This document shows positions 1 to 9,023 of a stretch of DNA of 64,000 bases, in pieces (the stretch's first letter is position 1; each line of letters starts with the position of its first letter). Under the pieces are notes generated by a model, which saw only the letters and a list, made by a program, of their open reading frames with translations, ran no database searches and was not told where the DNA came from. Position numbers and translations under genes: made by a program. The stretch comes from an uncultured Solibacteraceae bacterium (GTDB lineage Bacteria; Acidobacteriota; Vicinamibacteria; Vicinamibacterales; SCN-69-37), in the NCBI GenBank assembly GCA_964423815.1, contig CAYRGW010000003.1:45731-109730 (forward strand), given 5' to 3'.

Positions 1-1554
1 AAACGTGACTTCGTCGTATGTCATGCCGTGGAACGAGCCGAGCGGCACGCCAGGCGCTTCGATCAGCGCACATGAGTCACCCGTTGCGCGAACGGGATAC
101 GGCACACCAGAGTTGGACATCGTCACGGTGCGGCGCTTGAGATCAAAGATGGCGTAACACAGCGTGCAGTAGTACTCCTCGAGCTGTCGCTCATGGAGGA
201 TGGTATTGATTGACATCAATACCGCGGCGGGCGAGGACCGGTCTGGCACATACCGCCGACGGAACGTACGACCGCGAACCAACTCACCTGCGAAGACACT
301 GTAAAGAGCCGCGGGCACCCCTTTGCCTGAGACATCACCCAGGGCGACGATCAGTGTGCTGGACTCGGGCACGAGATAGTCGTAGAAGTCACCCCCGAGT
401 TCACGCGCGGCGGAGAACGACGCGGAGACATCCACACCCTTCAGGCGTTTGGGCAACTGGGTCGGCAACAGCGCGGCCTGCACACGGCGCGCGAACTTCA
501 ACTCCTTGTCGAGCCGTGTTTCGGTGGCGGTCAGTTCCTCGTAGAGACGCGCGTTTTCAATCGCGACGGCCGCCTGACTCGCCAGCAGCGTGAGGATTTC
601 CACGTCCCGCTTGGAGAAGGCATCGAGCTCAGGACTCTCGAGGTCAAACACGCCAACGCAGCGATCCTTCAGCAGCATCGGCACGGCAAGTTCCGACCGC
701 ACGTCATCCACCACGTTGATGTAGCGCGGATCCTTCGAGACGTCGGGCACCAGGACCGGCTCACGATGCAGCGCGGCGTAACCGACCAGCCCTTGACCGA
801 GCGGAACCTTGGGAAGTTCGACACGATCACCAAACTGCACGGCGACCTTGATCTCAAGTTCCTGCGTCGCGTCGTTGAGCAACAAAATGCCGAACGTCCG
901 GTAGTCCACGACCCGCCGCGCGAGCTGGGCGATGCGCGCGAGCAGTTCGTCCAAGTCCATGAGCGCTGCGACATCACGGCCGATCTCCGCAAGGGTCTCA
1001 AACGCTTCGGCGTCCAGCCGCTGCTGCTCGAAAAGGCGCGCGTTGACCAGCGCCAGGGCGACGTGCGCCCCAAACTGGCGCAGGATCGCCGCGTCGCGCT
1101 CCGAATACATGTCGCGCGATCGGCTCAACACGTTGAGCGCGCCCACCGGCTTGTTCTTGTGAATCAGCGGTACGGCCACCGTGGAGGCCATGCCCGGCAC
1201 CACCTCGACGTAGTTCGGCTCGGTTGAGATGTCGCCGACCACCACGGTTTCCTGGTGGGTGACCACGTGGCCAACCAGACCCTCTGTCATCTTCGGGTGG
1301 TAATGCGTCGTATCGGGGTAGCCCACGCCATAGGCGATACGCAGCTCCCCGCGTTTTTCGTCCAGAAGGTAGACCGCAAACGCGTCAAACGGAATCAACC
1401 GGCCGATGAGTTCAGGGATTTTCTGGAGGAGTTCGTCGAGATCAATGACCGATGCGACCTGGCGGCCCAGATCAAACAGCGTCAGCAGGATGTCACGTTC
1501 GTGGGACCCGACTGACAGATGGCTGGAAGAACGTTCGGACAAAGGCAGACTCAT
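1..1554 (-). CDS. GAF-GAF-PP2C/SpoIIE-type protein phosphatase; the C-terminus runs off the window edge
   Basis: I translated the minus strand from the ATG at 1554..1552. It reads MSLPLSERSSSHLSVGSHERDILLTLFDLGRQVASVIDLDELLQKIPELIGRLIPFDAFAVYLLDEKRGELRIAYGVGYP..., followed by a second GAF-like repeat (..DELLARIAQLARRVVDYRTFGILLLND..). After that come the SpoIIE/PP2C-type motifs ..KELKFARRVQAALLP..SAARELGGDFYDY..VALGDVSGKGVPAALY... The frame stays open for 518 codons down to base 1. It is absent from the ORF track because no stop codon lies in the window. Confidence 0.8.
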   Translation of the reverse strand, partial: MSLPLSERSSSHLSVGSHERDILLTLFDLGRQVASVIDLDELLQKIPELIGRLIPFDAFAVYLLDEKRGELRIAYGVGYPDTTHYHPKMTEGLVGHVVTHQETVVVGDISTEPNYVEVVPGMASTVAVPLIHKNKPVGALNVLSRSRDMYSERDAAILRQFGAHVALALVNARLFEQQRLDAEAFETLAEIGRDVAALMDLDELLARIAQLARRVVDYRTFGILLLNDATQELEIKVAVQFGDRVELPKVPLGQGLVGYAALHREPVLVPDVSKDPRYINVVDDVRSELAVPMLLKDRCVGVFDLESPELDAFSKRDVEILTLLASQAAVAIENARLYEELTATETRLDKELKFARRVQAALLPTQLPKRLKGVDVSASFSAARELGGDFYDYLVPESSTLIVALGDVSGKGVPAALYSVFAGELVRGRTFRRRYVPDRSSPAAVLMSINTILHERQLEEYYCTLCYAIFDLKRRTVTMSNSGVPYPVRATGDSCALIEAPGVPLGSFHGMTYDEVTF

Positions 1555-1579
1555 GTAATTATACTTGGTTCGCTCTGTA

Positions 1580-2026
1580 ATGACTGACCTGACGCTGCCC
1601 CTCGACTACGCCGCCATTGAGCGGATTCTTCCCCACCGGTATCCATTCCTGCTGGTCGACCGGATCACGGAATTTGAGCCGGACCAGCGGATCGTGGGGA
1701 TCAAGAACATCTCGCAGAACGAGGCGTCCTTGTCCACAGCCCCCGGCCAGCGCCCGGCGTTCCCGCCGACGCTCCTGACCGAAGCGGTGGCCCAGGTCGG
1801 CGCCATCCTGATCCTCTCCAAGCCGGAAAACCGCGACAAACTCATTTTTTTCATGGGCATCGAGCGAGTACGGTTTCCCCACCCCGTCCACCCGGGCGAC
1901 GTCGTGCAGATTGAAGCCATCGTCAAACGCCTGCGCAGCCGGATGGGTGTGTTGAGCGGCAAAGCCACGGTGAACGGCAAACAGGTGCTGCGCGGCACCA
2001 TGACCTTCGCCCTCGGGCCGCGGTAA
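1580..2026 (+). CDS. fabZ: 3-hydroxyacyl-ACP dehydratase FabZ
   Basis: The hot-dog dehydratase signature ..ILPHRYPFLLVDRITEFEP..GIKNIS.NE..F is present. The ATG at 1580 (MTDLTLPLDY..) is preferred over the in-frame TTG at 1565 listed in the ORF track. Confidence 0.9.
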   Translation: MTDLTLPLDYAAIERILPHRYPFLLVDRITEFEPDQRIVGIKNISQNEASLSTAPGQRPAFPPTLLTEAVAQVGAILILSKPENRDKLIFFMGIERVRFPHPVHPGDVVQIEAIVKRLRSRMGVLSGKATVNGKQVLRGTMTFALGPR

Positions 2027-2030
2027 CGCG

Positions 2031-3209
2031 TTACGCGATCACGCGCACCATCGAGACGCCATCCACCTTGCGCAGCTGGTCCACCACGGCGGCCGGCACA
2101 GCCGTCGCCGTATCCACCACCCCGTAAACCAGATCGCCACGCGTGCCGCTCGTGGACGTCGTGACGGTCACCCCGGCGGTGGCGAGCGCGGCCAGGAGTG
2201 TTGAGGCGAGCGGCGACGTCGCGGCGCCGGCAAACACCACGCGGTGCGCGAACGGCCCCGTCGTGATGACGTGCGGGAAGTTCACAGCGTTACGCACGTC
2301 CCCGCGATCGAGAAAGTCGCGCACCTGATCGGCGACCATCACCGCGCAGTTGTCCTCGGCTTCCGCGGTCGATGCCCCGAGGTGCGGCAAGGTCACACAG
2401 CGCGGATGGCGGATCGTGGCCGCGGTCGGAAAATCGCTGACGTACGCGTGCAGCGCGCCCGCGTCGAGCGCGGCGACAATCGCGGCTTCATCCACGATGC
2501 CCTCGCGCGCAAAGTTCACGATCACCGCACTTGATTTCAGCAACTGCAGGCGGTCCGCGCTCACCAGACCGCGTGTGGCGGGCATCAGTGGCACGTGGAG
2601 CGACACGTAGTCGGCCACCCGGAACAACTCGTCGAGTGATCGAAGATGGGTCACGCGCGGATCGAGTTGCCCCGCGGCCTCGACGGTGAGCGCCGGGTCA
2701 AACCCGACCACACGCATGCCGAGTGCGACGCCGGCGTTGGCCACACGCCCGCCGATGGCACCGAGGCCGATCACAGCCAGAGTGCGGCCCGACAATTCAA
2801 AGCCGGCAAATGCTTTTTTGCCGGCCTCCACCGCCTTGTGCAGCGTCGCATCATCGCCCTCAAGACCACGCGCGAAGAGCCAGCCGGGACCGATGGAGCG
2901 CGAGGCCATGATGAGACCCGCGATGACCAGCTCCTTGACGGCGTTGGCGTTGGCGCCTGGGGCGTTAAACACCGGCACACCGCGGGTGGTCATCGCCGGC
3001 ACCGGAATGTTGTTGGTGCCGCTGCCGGCGCGGCCAATCGCCTTCACCGTGTCGGCGATCGGCATGGTGTGCAGGTCCGCGGACCGCACCAGCATCGCAT
3101 CAGGATCGACGATGGTGGCACCGGTCTCGTAACGCGCCGCGTCGAGCCGCGCCAATCCAACCGGTGAAATGTTGTTGAGGGTGAGGATGCGAAACCGGGA
3201 AGCGCTCAT
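2031..3209 (-). CDS. serA: D-3-phosphoglycerate dehydrogenase family protein (D-2-hydroxyacid dehydrogenase with a C-terminal ACT-like domain)
   Basis: 392 aa. It carries the NAD Rossmann motif GLGAIGGRVA, the catalytic-region motif ..NFAREGIVDE..., and a short C-terminal regulatory-like domain. Confidence 0.75.
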   Translation of the reverse strand: MSASRFRILTLNNISPVGLARLDAARYETGATIVDPDAMLVRSADLHTMPIADTVKAIGRAGSGTNNIPVPAMTTRGVPVFNAPGANANAVKELVIAGLIMASRSIGPGWLFARGLEGDDATLHKAVEAGKKAFAGFELSGRTLAVIGLGAIGGRVANAGVALGMRVVGFDPALTVEAAGQLDPRVTHLRSLDELFRVADYVSLHVPLMPATRGLVSADRLQLLKSSAVIVNFAREGIVDEAAIVAALDAGALHAYVSDFPTAATIRHPRCVTLPHLGASTAEAEDNCAVMVADQVRDFLDRGDVRNAVNFPHVITTGPFAHRVVFAGAATSPLASTLLAALATAGVTVTTSTSGTRGDLVYGVVDTATAVPAAVVDQLRKVDGVSMVRVIA

Positions 3210-3227
3210 GCACTCACTAGAATACTC

Positions 3228-4133
3228 TCAGGCGCGCACACGCAACGCCGGCCTGGACCGGACGATGGCAATGCCGGCGACAATCACGACCGCCGCAATA
3301 ATCATCGTGAATCTGAAGGGTTCGCCCAGCAGCAACGTGCCCAGCGCCACGGCAATCACCGGGTTGACGTAGGTGTAGAGCGACACCGTGGCAATCGGCA
3401 GGTGTCGCAGGGCGTAGGAATACGCGGCAAACGCGACCAGAGAACCCGCCACAATCAGATACAACAGCGCCGACCCCGTTCGCGGGTTCAGGCTGATCAC
3501 CGACCACTCGCCGGCGGCGGTGCCGATCGCGAGCATGAACAGACCGCCAAAAAACATCTGCACGGCAGCGACCGTGAGCACATTACGCGTCACCGCGTGT
3601 CGTTTGGTGTACGAGGACGAGACGGCCCACCCGGCACACGCGACCTGCAGCGCAAGCACTCCGAGCAGGACCTGCCGTCCATTGGCACCTTCGAGCGTCA
3701 GATCGGGCCACACCAGCAGGACAATGCCGCTGAACCCGACTGCAAGGCCAAACAACTTGCGGCCGGAGAGTCGCTCCCCTCCGGGAAACAGCCCGTCCAC
3801 TGCCACCATCCAGAACGGTGAGGTGGCGATGACCACGGCCGTGATCCCGCTCGCGAGATATTGTTCGCCCCAGTTCACGCCACCGTTGCCAAGCGTGATC
3901 ATCAGAAAGCCGAGCAGCGCGAGACTGCCCCACTCGGAGAACGGCGGAAGTTTTTCGCCGCGCGCCACAAGGATGACTCCAAGCACGACACCGGCGATCA
4001 GGTAGCGGATGCCGCCCATCAGGAACGGTGGAATTGTCTCGAGCGCAACCTTGATGCCGAGATAGGTGGTGCCCCAGATGATGCAGACCGCGGCGAACGC
4101 GATCCAGGCATTGCGACGAACAACCGGTGTCAT
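3228..4133 (-). CDS. EamA/DMT-family drug/metabolite transporter
   Basis: 301 aa with about 10 hydrophobic segments forming two EamA-like repeats. Its start overlaps the stop of the upstream Lrp-family gene by 1 nt. Confidence 0.8.
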   Translation of the reverse strand: MTPVVRRNAWIAFAAVCIIWGTTYLGIKVALETIPPFLMGGIRYLIAGVVLGVILVARGEKLPPFSEWGSLALLGFLMITLGNGGVNWGEQYLASGITAVVIATSPFWMVAVDGLFPGGERLSGRKLFGLAVGFSGIVLLVWPDLTLEGANGRQVLLGVLALQVACAGWAVSSSYTKRHAVTRNVLTVAAVQMFFGGLFMLAIGTAAGEWSVISLNPRTGSALLYLIVAGSLVAFAAYSYALRHLPIATVSLYTYVNPVIAVALGTLLLGEPFRFTMIIAAVVIVAGIAIVRSRPALRVRA

Positions 4134-4618
4134 CAGCGAACGGCGGACGTCGCCGCCTCCAACATGAGGTGCGTGCTTTCTTTGTGCGTGCCCAGCACGA
4201 TCGTGGTGCGTGTGGTGCGCACACCCTTGATGCGCCCCACCTCGGTCTTGAGCAACTCGCCGAGATGTTCGGTGTCGCGCGCGCGGATCTTTACGAGGAA
4301 GCAGTCCTCCCCCGCCACGTGATGCACTTCAAGGACGCCGGGCACCTGTGCGAGCGCGTCACCGACACGGTCTTCTTCGCCACCCACCTCATTGGTCCGC
4401 ACCGAGATGAAGGCCAGCAGCGGACACCCGGCACTGCGGGGGTCCACCAGGGCGGTGTAACCACGCACCACCTGCCGCGCTTCGAGCTTTCGCAGTCGCT
4501 CCAGCACCGCTGACGGCGCCAGACCCACGGCCTTGGCAATGTCCACCTGCGACACCCGACCGTTCTCCTGCAGGAGGGTCAAAATTTTGACATCGATGGG
4601 GTCTTTGAGGTCGGACAT
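4133..4618 (-). CDS. Lrp/AsnC-family transcriptional regulator
   Basis: 161 aa. The N-terminal HTH reads D..D.KILTLLQENGRVSQVDIAKAVGLAPSAVLERLRKLE and is followed by an AsnC-type ligand-binding domain. Confidence 0.9.
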   Translation of the reverse strand: MSDLKDPIDVKILTLLQENGRVSQVDIAKAVGLAPSAVLERLRKLEARQVVRGYTALVDPRSAGCPLLAFISVRTNEVGGEEDRVGDALAQVPGVLEVHHVAGEDCFLVKIRARDTEHLGELLKTEVGRIKGVRTTRTTIVLGTHKESTHLMLEAATSAVR

Positions 4619-4619
4619 A

Positions 4620-4643
4620 GGCGTATTATTTCATCAATACGCC
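4620..4643. promoter_or_regulatory. Palindrome GGCGTATT-N8-AATACGCC abutting the Lrp-family start codon; candidate autoregulatory operator
   Basis: Two perfect 8-bp inverted arms lie at 4620-4627 and 4636-4643, within an AT-rich spacer immediately upstream of the Lrp/AsnC gene on the minus strand. Confidence 0.4.
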
Positions 4644-4729
4644 ATATGTATAAATTTAGTTCTGCGGTAGCGGCTCTATACCGAATGTTGGTCCTGTTTT
4701 GAGGCGTCCGTACCTGTGGCCTTTCGCCT

Positions 4730-5695
4730 CTAACCTTTGGCCTTCGGCACCGGTTTCAGCAGCACCCTCTCGAAACGCCGATGGAAGGCGGTGAACGGCC
4801 CGTCCGAGTCGTCGGTCTCGATGTGTTTGCGAACCTGATGGATCTTGGCGTCGAGGTCATCGGCGGCGGCCAGAATGAAGGCCTCGACTGTCATCGGCTC
4901 CACGGGTGACCCGTGGACTTTTGCGCCGTGATGCGACACAACGAGATGTTCAAGCTGCACGCGCTGGTCGACTGGAAAGTCGGGGATCGCGAGGGCCACT
5001 TCGCGTACAAGCTGCGCGCCCATCGTGATGTGCCCCACCAGGTTGCCCTCGACGGAATATTCCGTGGTCACTCCGTAGGACAACTCCTGCAACTTGCCGA
5101 TGTCGTGAAGGATGGCACCCGCCACCAACAGATCACGATCGGCGTCGTACGATGCCGCGAGGAACTTCACGCTGTCGATGATCTTCAGCACGTGCTCCAA
5201 CAACCCACCACGATACGCGTGATGCACCGATTGAGCGGCCGGCCAGATCCGCAACCGATCACCGTACATCGTCAGCACCCGCGCCAGCAGCTCGCGAATG
5301 AAGGCGGACTCGATGGACGCGATATGCGCCTGGAGTTCCTGCCACATCTCATCAAGCGGTCGCGGAGAGCACGGGATGCAGTCTTCCTCGCGGAAGCCGT
5401 CGAGTGCGTCACGCGGAGCGTCCACGCGTCGAATTTTGTCGAGGACCAGTTCGAGGCGCTGATTAAACAGATTGCCGCGGGCCTGGACCTTGACGAATTC
5501 GCCGGCGTCGAATTCTTCGCGCATGATGTCGACGTCCTGAAACACTTTGGCTTTGATCTCACCCGAGGTGTCCTGCAGGACCAGCGCGAGATACGCGCCG
5601 CCTTTCCCCGTGCGCACTTCCTTGCGCGCGCATAGAAAAAATCCCCATCCGGAGGACGAGCCGTCAAGATCGGCAATACGGGAAAGTGTCGCCAT
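4730..5695 (-). CDS. OB-fold + HD-domain phosphohydrolase (YhaM-like 3'-5' exoribonuclease family)
   Basis: An N-terminal OB-like segment (..YLALVLQDTSGEIKAKVFQD..FVKVQARGNLFNQRLELVL) is followed by HD motifs (..HHAYRGGLLEHV.. / ..LHDIGK..). I chose the start MATLSRI.. at 5695 because it overlaps the SDR stop as TAATG. Confidence 0.75.
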   Translation of the reverse strand: MATLSRIADLDGSSSGWGFFLCARKEVRTGKGGAYLALVLQDTSGEIKAKVFQDVDIMREEFDAGEFVKVQARGNLFNQRLELVLDKIRRVDAPRDALDGFREEDCIPCSPRPLDEMWQELQAHIASIESAFIRELLARVLTMYGDRLRIWPAAQSVHHAYRGGLLEHVLKIIDSVKFLAASYDADRDLLVAGAILHDIGKLQELSYGVTTEYSVEGNLVGHITMGAQLVREVALAIPDFPVDQRVQLEHLVVSHHGAKVHGSPVEPMTVEAFILAAADDLDAKIHQVRKHIETDDSDGPFTAFHRRFERVLLKPVPKAKG

Positions 5696-6495
5696 TATTT
5701 CTGCTCCGGCACAAAACCAAACGTCCCTCGTCCCAGCCACGCGCCGCCGTCAATAGTCATGACGTCGCCGGTGATATAGCCGGCATACGGTGAGACCAGA
5801 AACGCGACGGCATTGGCAATCTCTTCCGGTTTACCCCAACGCTTGAGCGGCACCATGTCGGTGATGCGCTGGATCGCTTCGGGTGAGTCCCACAACTGTT
5901 TCGCGGCGCCTGGTGATTCAATGGGTCCGGGTGCCACGGCGTTCACGCGGATGCCGTGACCGGCCCACTCGGCCGCCAGCGTCTGGGTCATCGACATCAC
6001 CCCGGCCTTGGCCGCGGCCGAGTGAATGGTGCCGGCACTTCCCGTCCAGACATAGTTGGCCAGGATCGAGACGATGGATCCTCCGGACTTGCGCGCGATG
6101 AGATGACGCCCGACCGCACGCGAGCAGTAGAAGCTGCCGTTGAGCACGATACTGATGACCGCGTTCCAGCCGTTGGGCGAGAGGTCTTCAGCGCGCGCAA
6201 TGAAGTTGCCGGCGGCGTTATTGATGAGGATGTCCACACCGCCAAATGCCGCCACCGCGGTGGCGACCATGGCATCCACCTGCTCGGGGTTGCGCACGTC
6301 CACCGTCGCCGTGGCCACCGCATGGCCCGCCGCCTTGAGGGTGGCCTCGCCCTTCGCGAGGTTCTCCGGATTCCGGCTCGCTATCACCAGGTTGGCACCG
6401 GCGCGGCCGAGTGCATCCGCAATCGCCAGACCGATCCCCGTGCCGCCGCCCGTGATGATCGCCGTTCGTCCGTCAAGTACCTGTGTCGCAAACAT
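5695..6495 (-). CDS. SDR-family oxidoreductase (2,4-dienoyl-CoA-reductase-like)
   Basis: 266 aa. It has the TGGGTGIG cofactor motif, NNAAG, and a classical short-chain dehydrogenase layout. Confidence 0.85.
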   Translation of the reverse strand: MFATQVLDGRTAIITGGGTGIGLAIADALGRAGANLVIASRNPENLAKGEATLKAAGHAVATATVDVRNPEQVDAMVATAVAAFGGVDILINNAAGNFIARAEDLSPNGWNAVISIVLNGSFYCSRAVGRHLIARKSGGSIVSILANYVWTGSAGTIHSAAAKAGVMSMTQTLAAEWAGHGIRVNAVAPGPIESPGAAKQLWDSPEAIQRITDMVPLKRWGKPEEIANAVAFLVSPYAGYITGDVMTIDGGAWLGRGTFGFVPEQK

Positions 6496-6541
6496 GTCAG
6501 TGCGAGTGTAATGCGAGATGGTAAGTTAGTCTCCGGTTCCT

Positions 6542-8071
6542 GTGCCAACCACACTCGGCAACTCTGCGTTTCTCAGTTTTTTCCAGGGCCTGCGCGCCGG
6601 TCTGTACATCGGACTGGTGGGCCCGGATGATTCCGCGACGCTTGCAGGCAACCCGTTCCTGCGGCTGATGTTCGGCTGGGAGGATGCACGTCCGACCAGC
6701 GAGGTCCGGCCGTTTGATCCCGACCGCTTCGTTGATTCCCAGGCCCGCGAAGGATTCCTGGCGCTCCTGCGCCGTGACGGTGCCGCGCACGATCACCTGT
6801 TGAGGTTGCGCCGGGCCGATGGCGCCGGCTTCTGGGTGGAAGTGACCGCGCGTGCCGAGGCCGTCGCACCCGATCGTCAGGTGCTGCGCATTGAAGCCGT
6901 CATGCGCGACGTCAGCGAACGCAAAAAACTCGAAGACCAGGCGCGCGACGTCTTTCACCAACTCTCACAGGCGGAAAAACTCGCCTCACTCGGCCAGACC
7001 ATGTCGGGCGTCGCACACGAGCTGAACAATCCCCTTGCGACCATCCTCGCGTGCGCGGAACGGCTCGCCGGCCGACGGCACGACGACCACACACGCCGCG
7101 ATATTGACGCGATTCACAACGCCGCCGAACGCGCCGCGCGCATCGTCCGCAACCTGCAGACGTTTGCGCGCAAGCGGCACACCACACGCACGATGGTGGA
7201 TCTCAATCAGGTCGTCAGGGACACCCTCGCCGTGCGCGCGTATGAACAGCGCGTGTCAAACGTGGCCATCGTGGAAGCGCTCGCCGCAGGCCTGCCGCCG
7301 GTCTTTGCCGATCCCCATCAGATTCAGCAGATCCTCTTGAACCTGGTCATCAACGCCGAACACGCCATGCTCGGCGCGAGCGGCCGGGGCCTCATGGTCC
7401 TGCGGTCCTGGCACGAACCCGATCGTGACGCCGTCCTCATCGAGGTGAGTGACGATGGGCCGGGGGTGCCGGAAGACGTCCAGCAGAAAATCTTTGACCC
7501 GTTTTTTACGACGAAGGCGGTGGGGAAGGGTACGGGGCTTGGATTGACCGTGGCGTACGCGATTGCGCAGGAACACGGCGGCCGGATTTCAGTCAACTCG
7601 CCGCCCGATGGGGGCGCGGCGTTTGTCCTGGAACTGCCGTCGGGCGGCACCGTCGTCAAGCCGCCGGAGGTCGCTGTCGCGGCGCCCGCCCCCGAGACCG
7701 TTCCCGTGGGTACACGGGCGCTGGTGGTGGAGGATGAACTGGCGCTCGGCGAAGCCGTGGCGGATGCCCTGCGCGACGCCGGGTTCGAGGTCGATCGCGC
7801 GCACGATGGGGAAGAGGCCATCGCGCGCACACAGGTGCGCGCCTACGATGTGATTGTGTGTGACCTGAAGATGCCGCGTGTGGACGGTATGCAGTTCTTT
7901 ACGCATCTGGCGACCACGGCGCCGGCACTCACACGACGGTTGGTGTTTGTGACCGGCGATGTGGCCGGCACCGAGGCCGAGCAGTTCCTCGAACGCAGCG
8001 GCTGTCGTTGGCTCGCCAAACCGTTCCGACTGCGCGACCTCGTGCGCACGGCCCGGGAGTTGATTAGGTAG
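6542..8071 (+). CDS. Cytoplasmic hybrid sensor histidine kinase (PAS - DHp/HisKA - HATPase - receiver)
   Basis: 509 aa with no TM segments. It has a PAS-like N-terminus, the H-box MSGVAHELNNPLATILACAERL, the N/G boxes ..LLNLVINAEHAM.. / ..DDGPGVP.. / ..GTGLGLTV.., and a C-terminal REC domain (..ALVVEDE..DVIVCDLKMPRVDG..KPF). Confidence 0.9.
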   Translation: MPTTLGNSAFLSFFQGLRAGLYIGLVGPDDSATLAGNPFLRLMFGWEDARPTSEVRPFDPDRFVDSQAREGFLALLRRDGAAHDHLLRLRRADGAGFWVEVTARAEAVAPDRQVLRIEAVMRDVSERKKLEDQARDVFHQLSQAEKLASLGQTMSGVAHELNNPLATILACAERLAGRRHDDHTRRDIDAIHNAAERAARIVRNLQTFARKRHTTRTMVDLNQVVRDTLAVRAYEQRVSNVAIVEALAAGLPPVFADPHQIQQILLNLVINAEHAMLGASGRGLMVLRSWHEPDRDAVLIEVSDDGPGVPEDVQQKIFDPFFTTKAVGKGTGLGLTVAYAIAQEHGGRISVNSPPDGGAAFVLELPSGGTVVKPPEVAVAAPAPETVPVGTRALVVEDELALGEAVADALRDAGFEVDRAHDGEEAIARTQVRAYDVIVCDLKMPRVDGMQFFTHLATTAPALTRRLVFVTGDVAGTEAEQFLERSGCRWLAKPFRLRDLVRTARELIR

Positions 8072-8117
8072 GGCGAGACCTTCAGCTGCTCTGGCGCGGC
8101 TAAAGCCGACGCCCTAC
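8068..8117. repeat. REP-like elements in the convergent gap between the kinase and the sigma gene
   Basis: The region reads GTAGGGCGAGACCTTCAGC ... GGCGCGGCTAAAGCCGACGCCCTAC. This matches the 25-nt motif GGC-NN-GGCT-RAAGCC-NNN-GCCCTAC that recurs at 18.5, 20.3, 25.1 and 33.9 kb. Confidence 0.6.
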
Positions 8118-8126
8118 GAAGACCCC

Positions 8127-8879
8127 CTACGCGACGTTGCGGCGCGGGAAGGGGAGCACCTCGGCGGGCGCCTGGGGCGACATCGCTTTGCGCAGGCGCG
8201 ACATCGCGCGTGCGTGCAGCTGCGAGACGCGTGATTCGTTGACGCCGATCTCCTTGCCAATATCCTTCATCGTCGCCCCACGGAAGTAGTAGAGGCTGAT
8301 GAGTTTGCGTTCGCGCGCCGGCAGAGTGGCCAGTGCCTCGCGGATGCGCGTGCGGAGTTCCTGCTGCTCGTATTCGCTGTCGGGTGACGGCGGCGCGCTC
8401 GGGACCATCACCGCGGGCAGTGACGCGCTGTCAATCGAGTCGAGATTGGCGAGCGGCGAGGTGGATTCGATCGTGGTGATGCGCAGGATGGTGCGTTCGA
8501 GCCGCGCCTCGTCGGTGCCCACTCGTTTGGCCAGATCGGCCAGCGTGGGTTCGGCACCAAGTTCCCGGCGCAACGATTCGCGCGCGGCTTCCAGTTCGCG
8601 GCGGACACGGCGGACGCCGCGCGGCCAGGCATCACGACGCAGCGCGTCAATCATGGCGCCGCGTACGCGGCGTTCGGCAAAGGTCTCGAACTTGATGCCG
8701 CGGCTGTCATCAAACCGGTGGGCCGCATCCATCAAGCCAATCACGCCATCCTGGACAAGGTCCGACACATCAATCGAGTGGGGCATCGTGGAGGCCATCC
8801 TCCGAGCCAGAGACTCGACAAAAGGCAGGGTCGCAACGACCCGTTCGTGTTGGTGACTTGCCAGCTGTGCTCGCGCCAT
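8127..8879 (-). CDS. FliA/WhiG-family (group 3, sigma-28-like) RNA polymerase sigma factor
   Basis: Region 2 reads DLVQDGVIGLMDAAHRFDDSRGIKFETFAERRVRGAMIDALR. The region 4.2 HTH reads ATMKDIGKEIGVNESRVSQLHARAMSRLRK. The ATG at 8879 is preceded by GGAGGGG, so I prefer it; the ORF-track GTG at 8903 is an alternative start. Confidence 0.85.
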   Translation of the reverse strand: MARAQLASHQHERVVATLPFVESLARRMASTMPHSIDVSDLVQDGVIGLMDAAHRFDDSRGIKFETFAERRVRGAMIDALRRDAWPRGVRRVRRELEAARESLRRELGAEPTLADLAKRVGTDEARLERTILRITTIESTSPLANLDSIDSASLPAVMVPSAPPSPDSEYEQQELRTRIREALATLPARERKLISLYYFRGATMKDIGKEIGVNESRVSQLHARAMSRLRKAMSPQAPAEVLPFPRRNVA

Positions 8880-8929
8880 GAACCCCTCCAGAGGGACCGG
8901 CACTCACTGCCAGCCCACCTATCTGAATG

Positions 8930-8944
8930 GCAACATGGGTGCCA
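8930..8944 (-). promoter_or_regulatory. Sigma-54 (-24/-12) promoter TGGCAC-CCATG-TTGC facing the sigma-28-like gene
   Basis: The plus strand at 8930-8944 is GCAACATGGGTGCCA. Its reverse complement is TGGCACCCATGTTGC, an exact GG-N10-GC sigma-54 consensus. It lies about 50-65 nt upstream of the ATG at 8879 on the same strand. Confidence 0.6.
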
Positions 8945-9023
8945 GGTAGATCCAGCGATCACAGGCGCGTCCACACCTTGCTCGTAGTTGGCGAACAAAG
9001 TCTTTGTTTACAGTAATTTAGGC

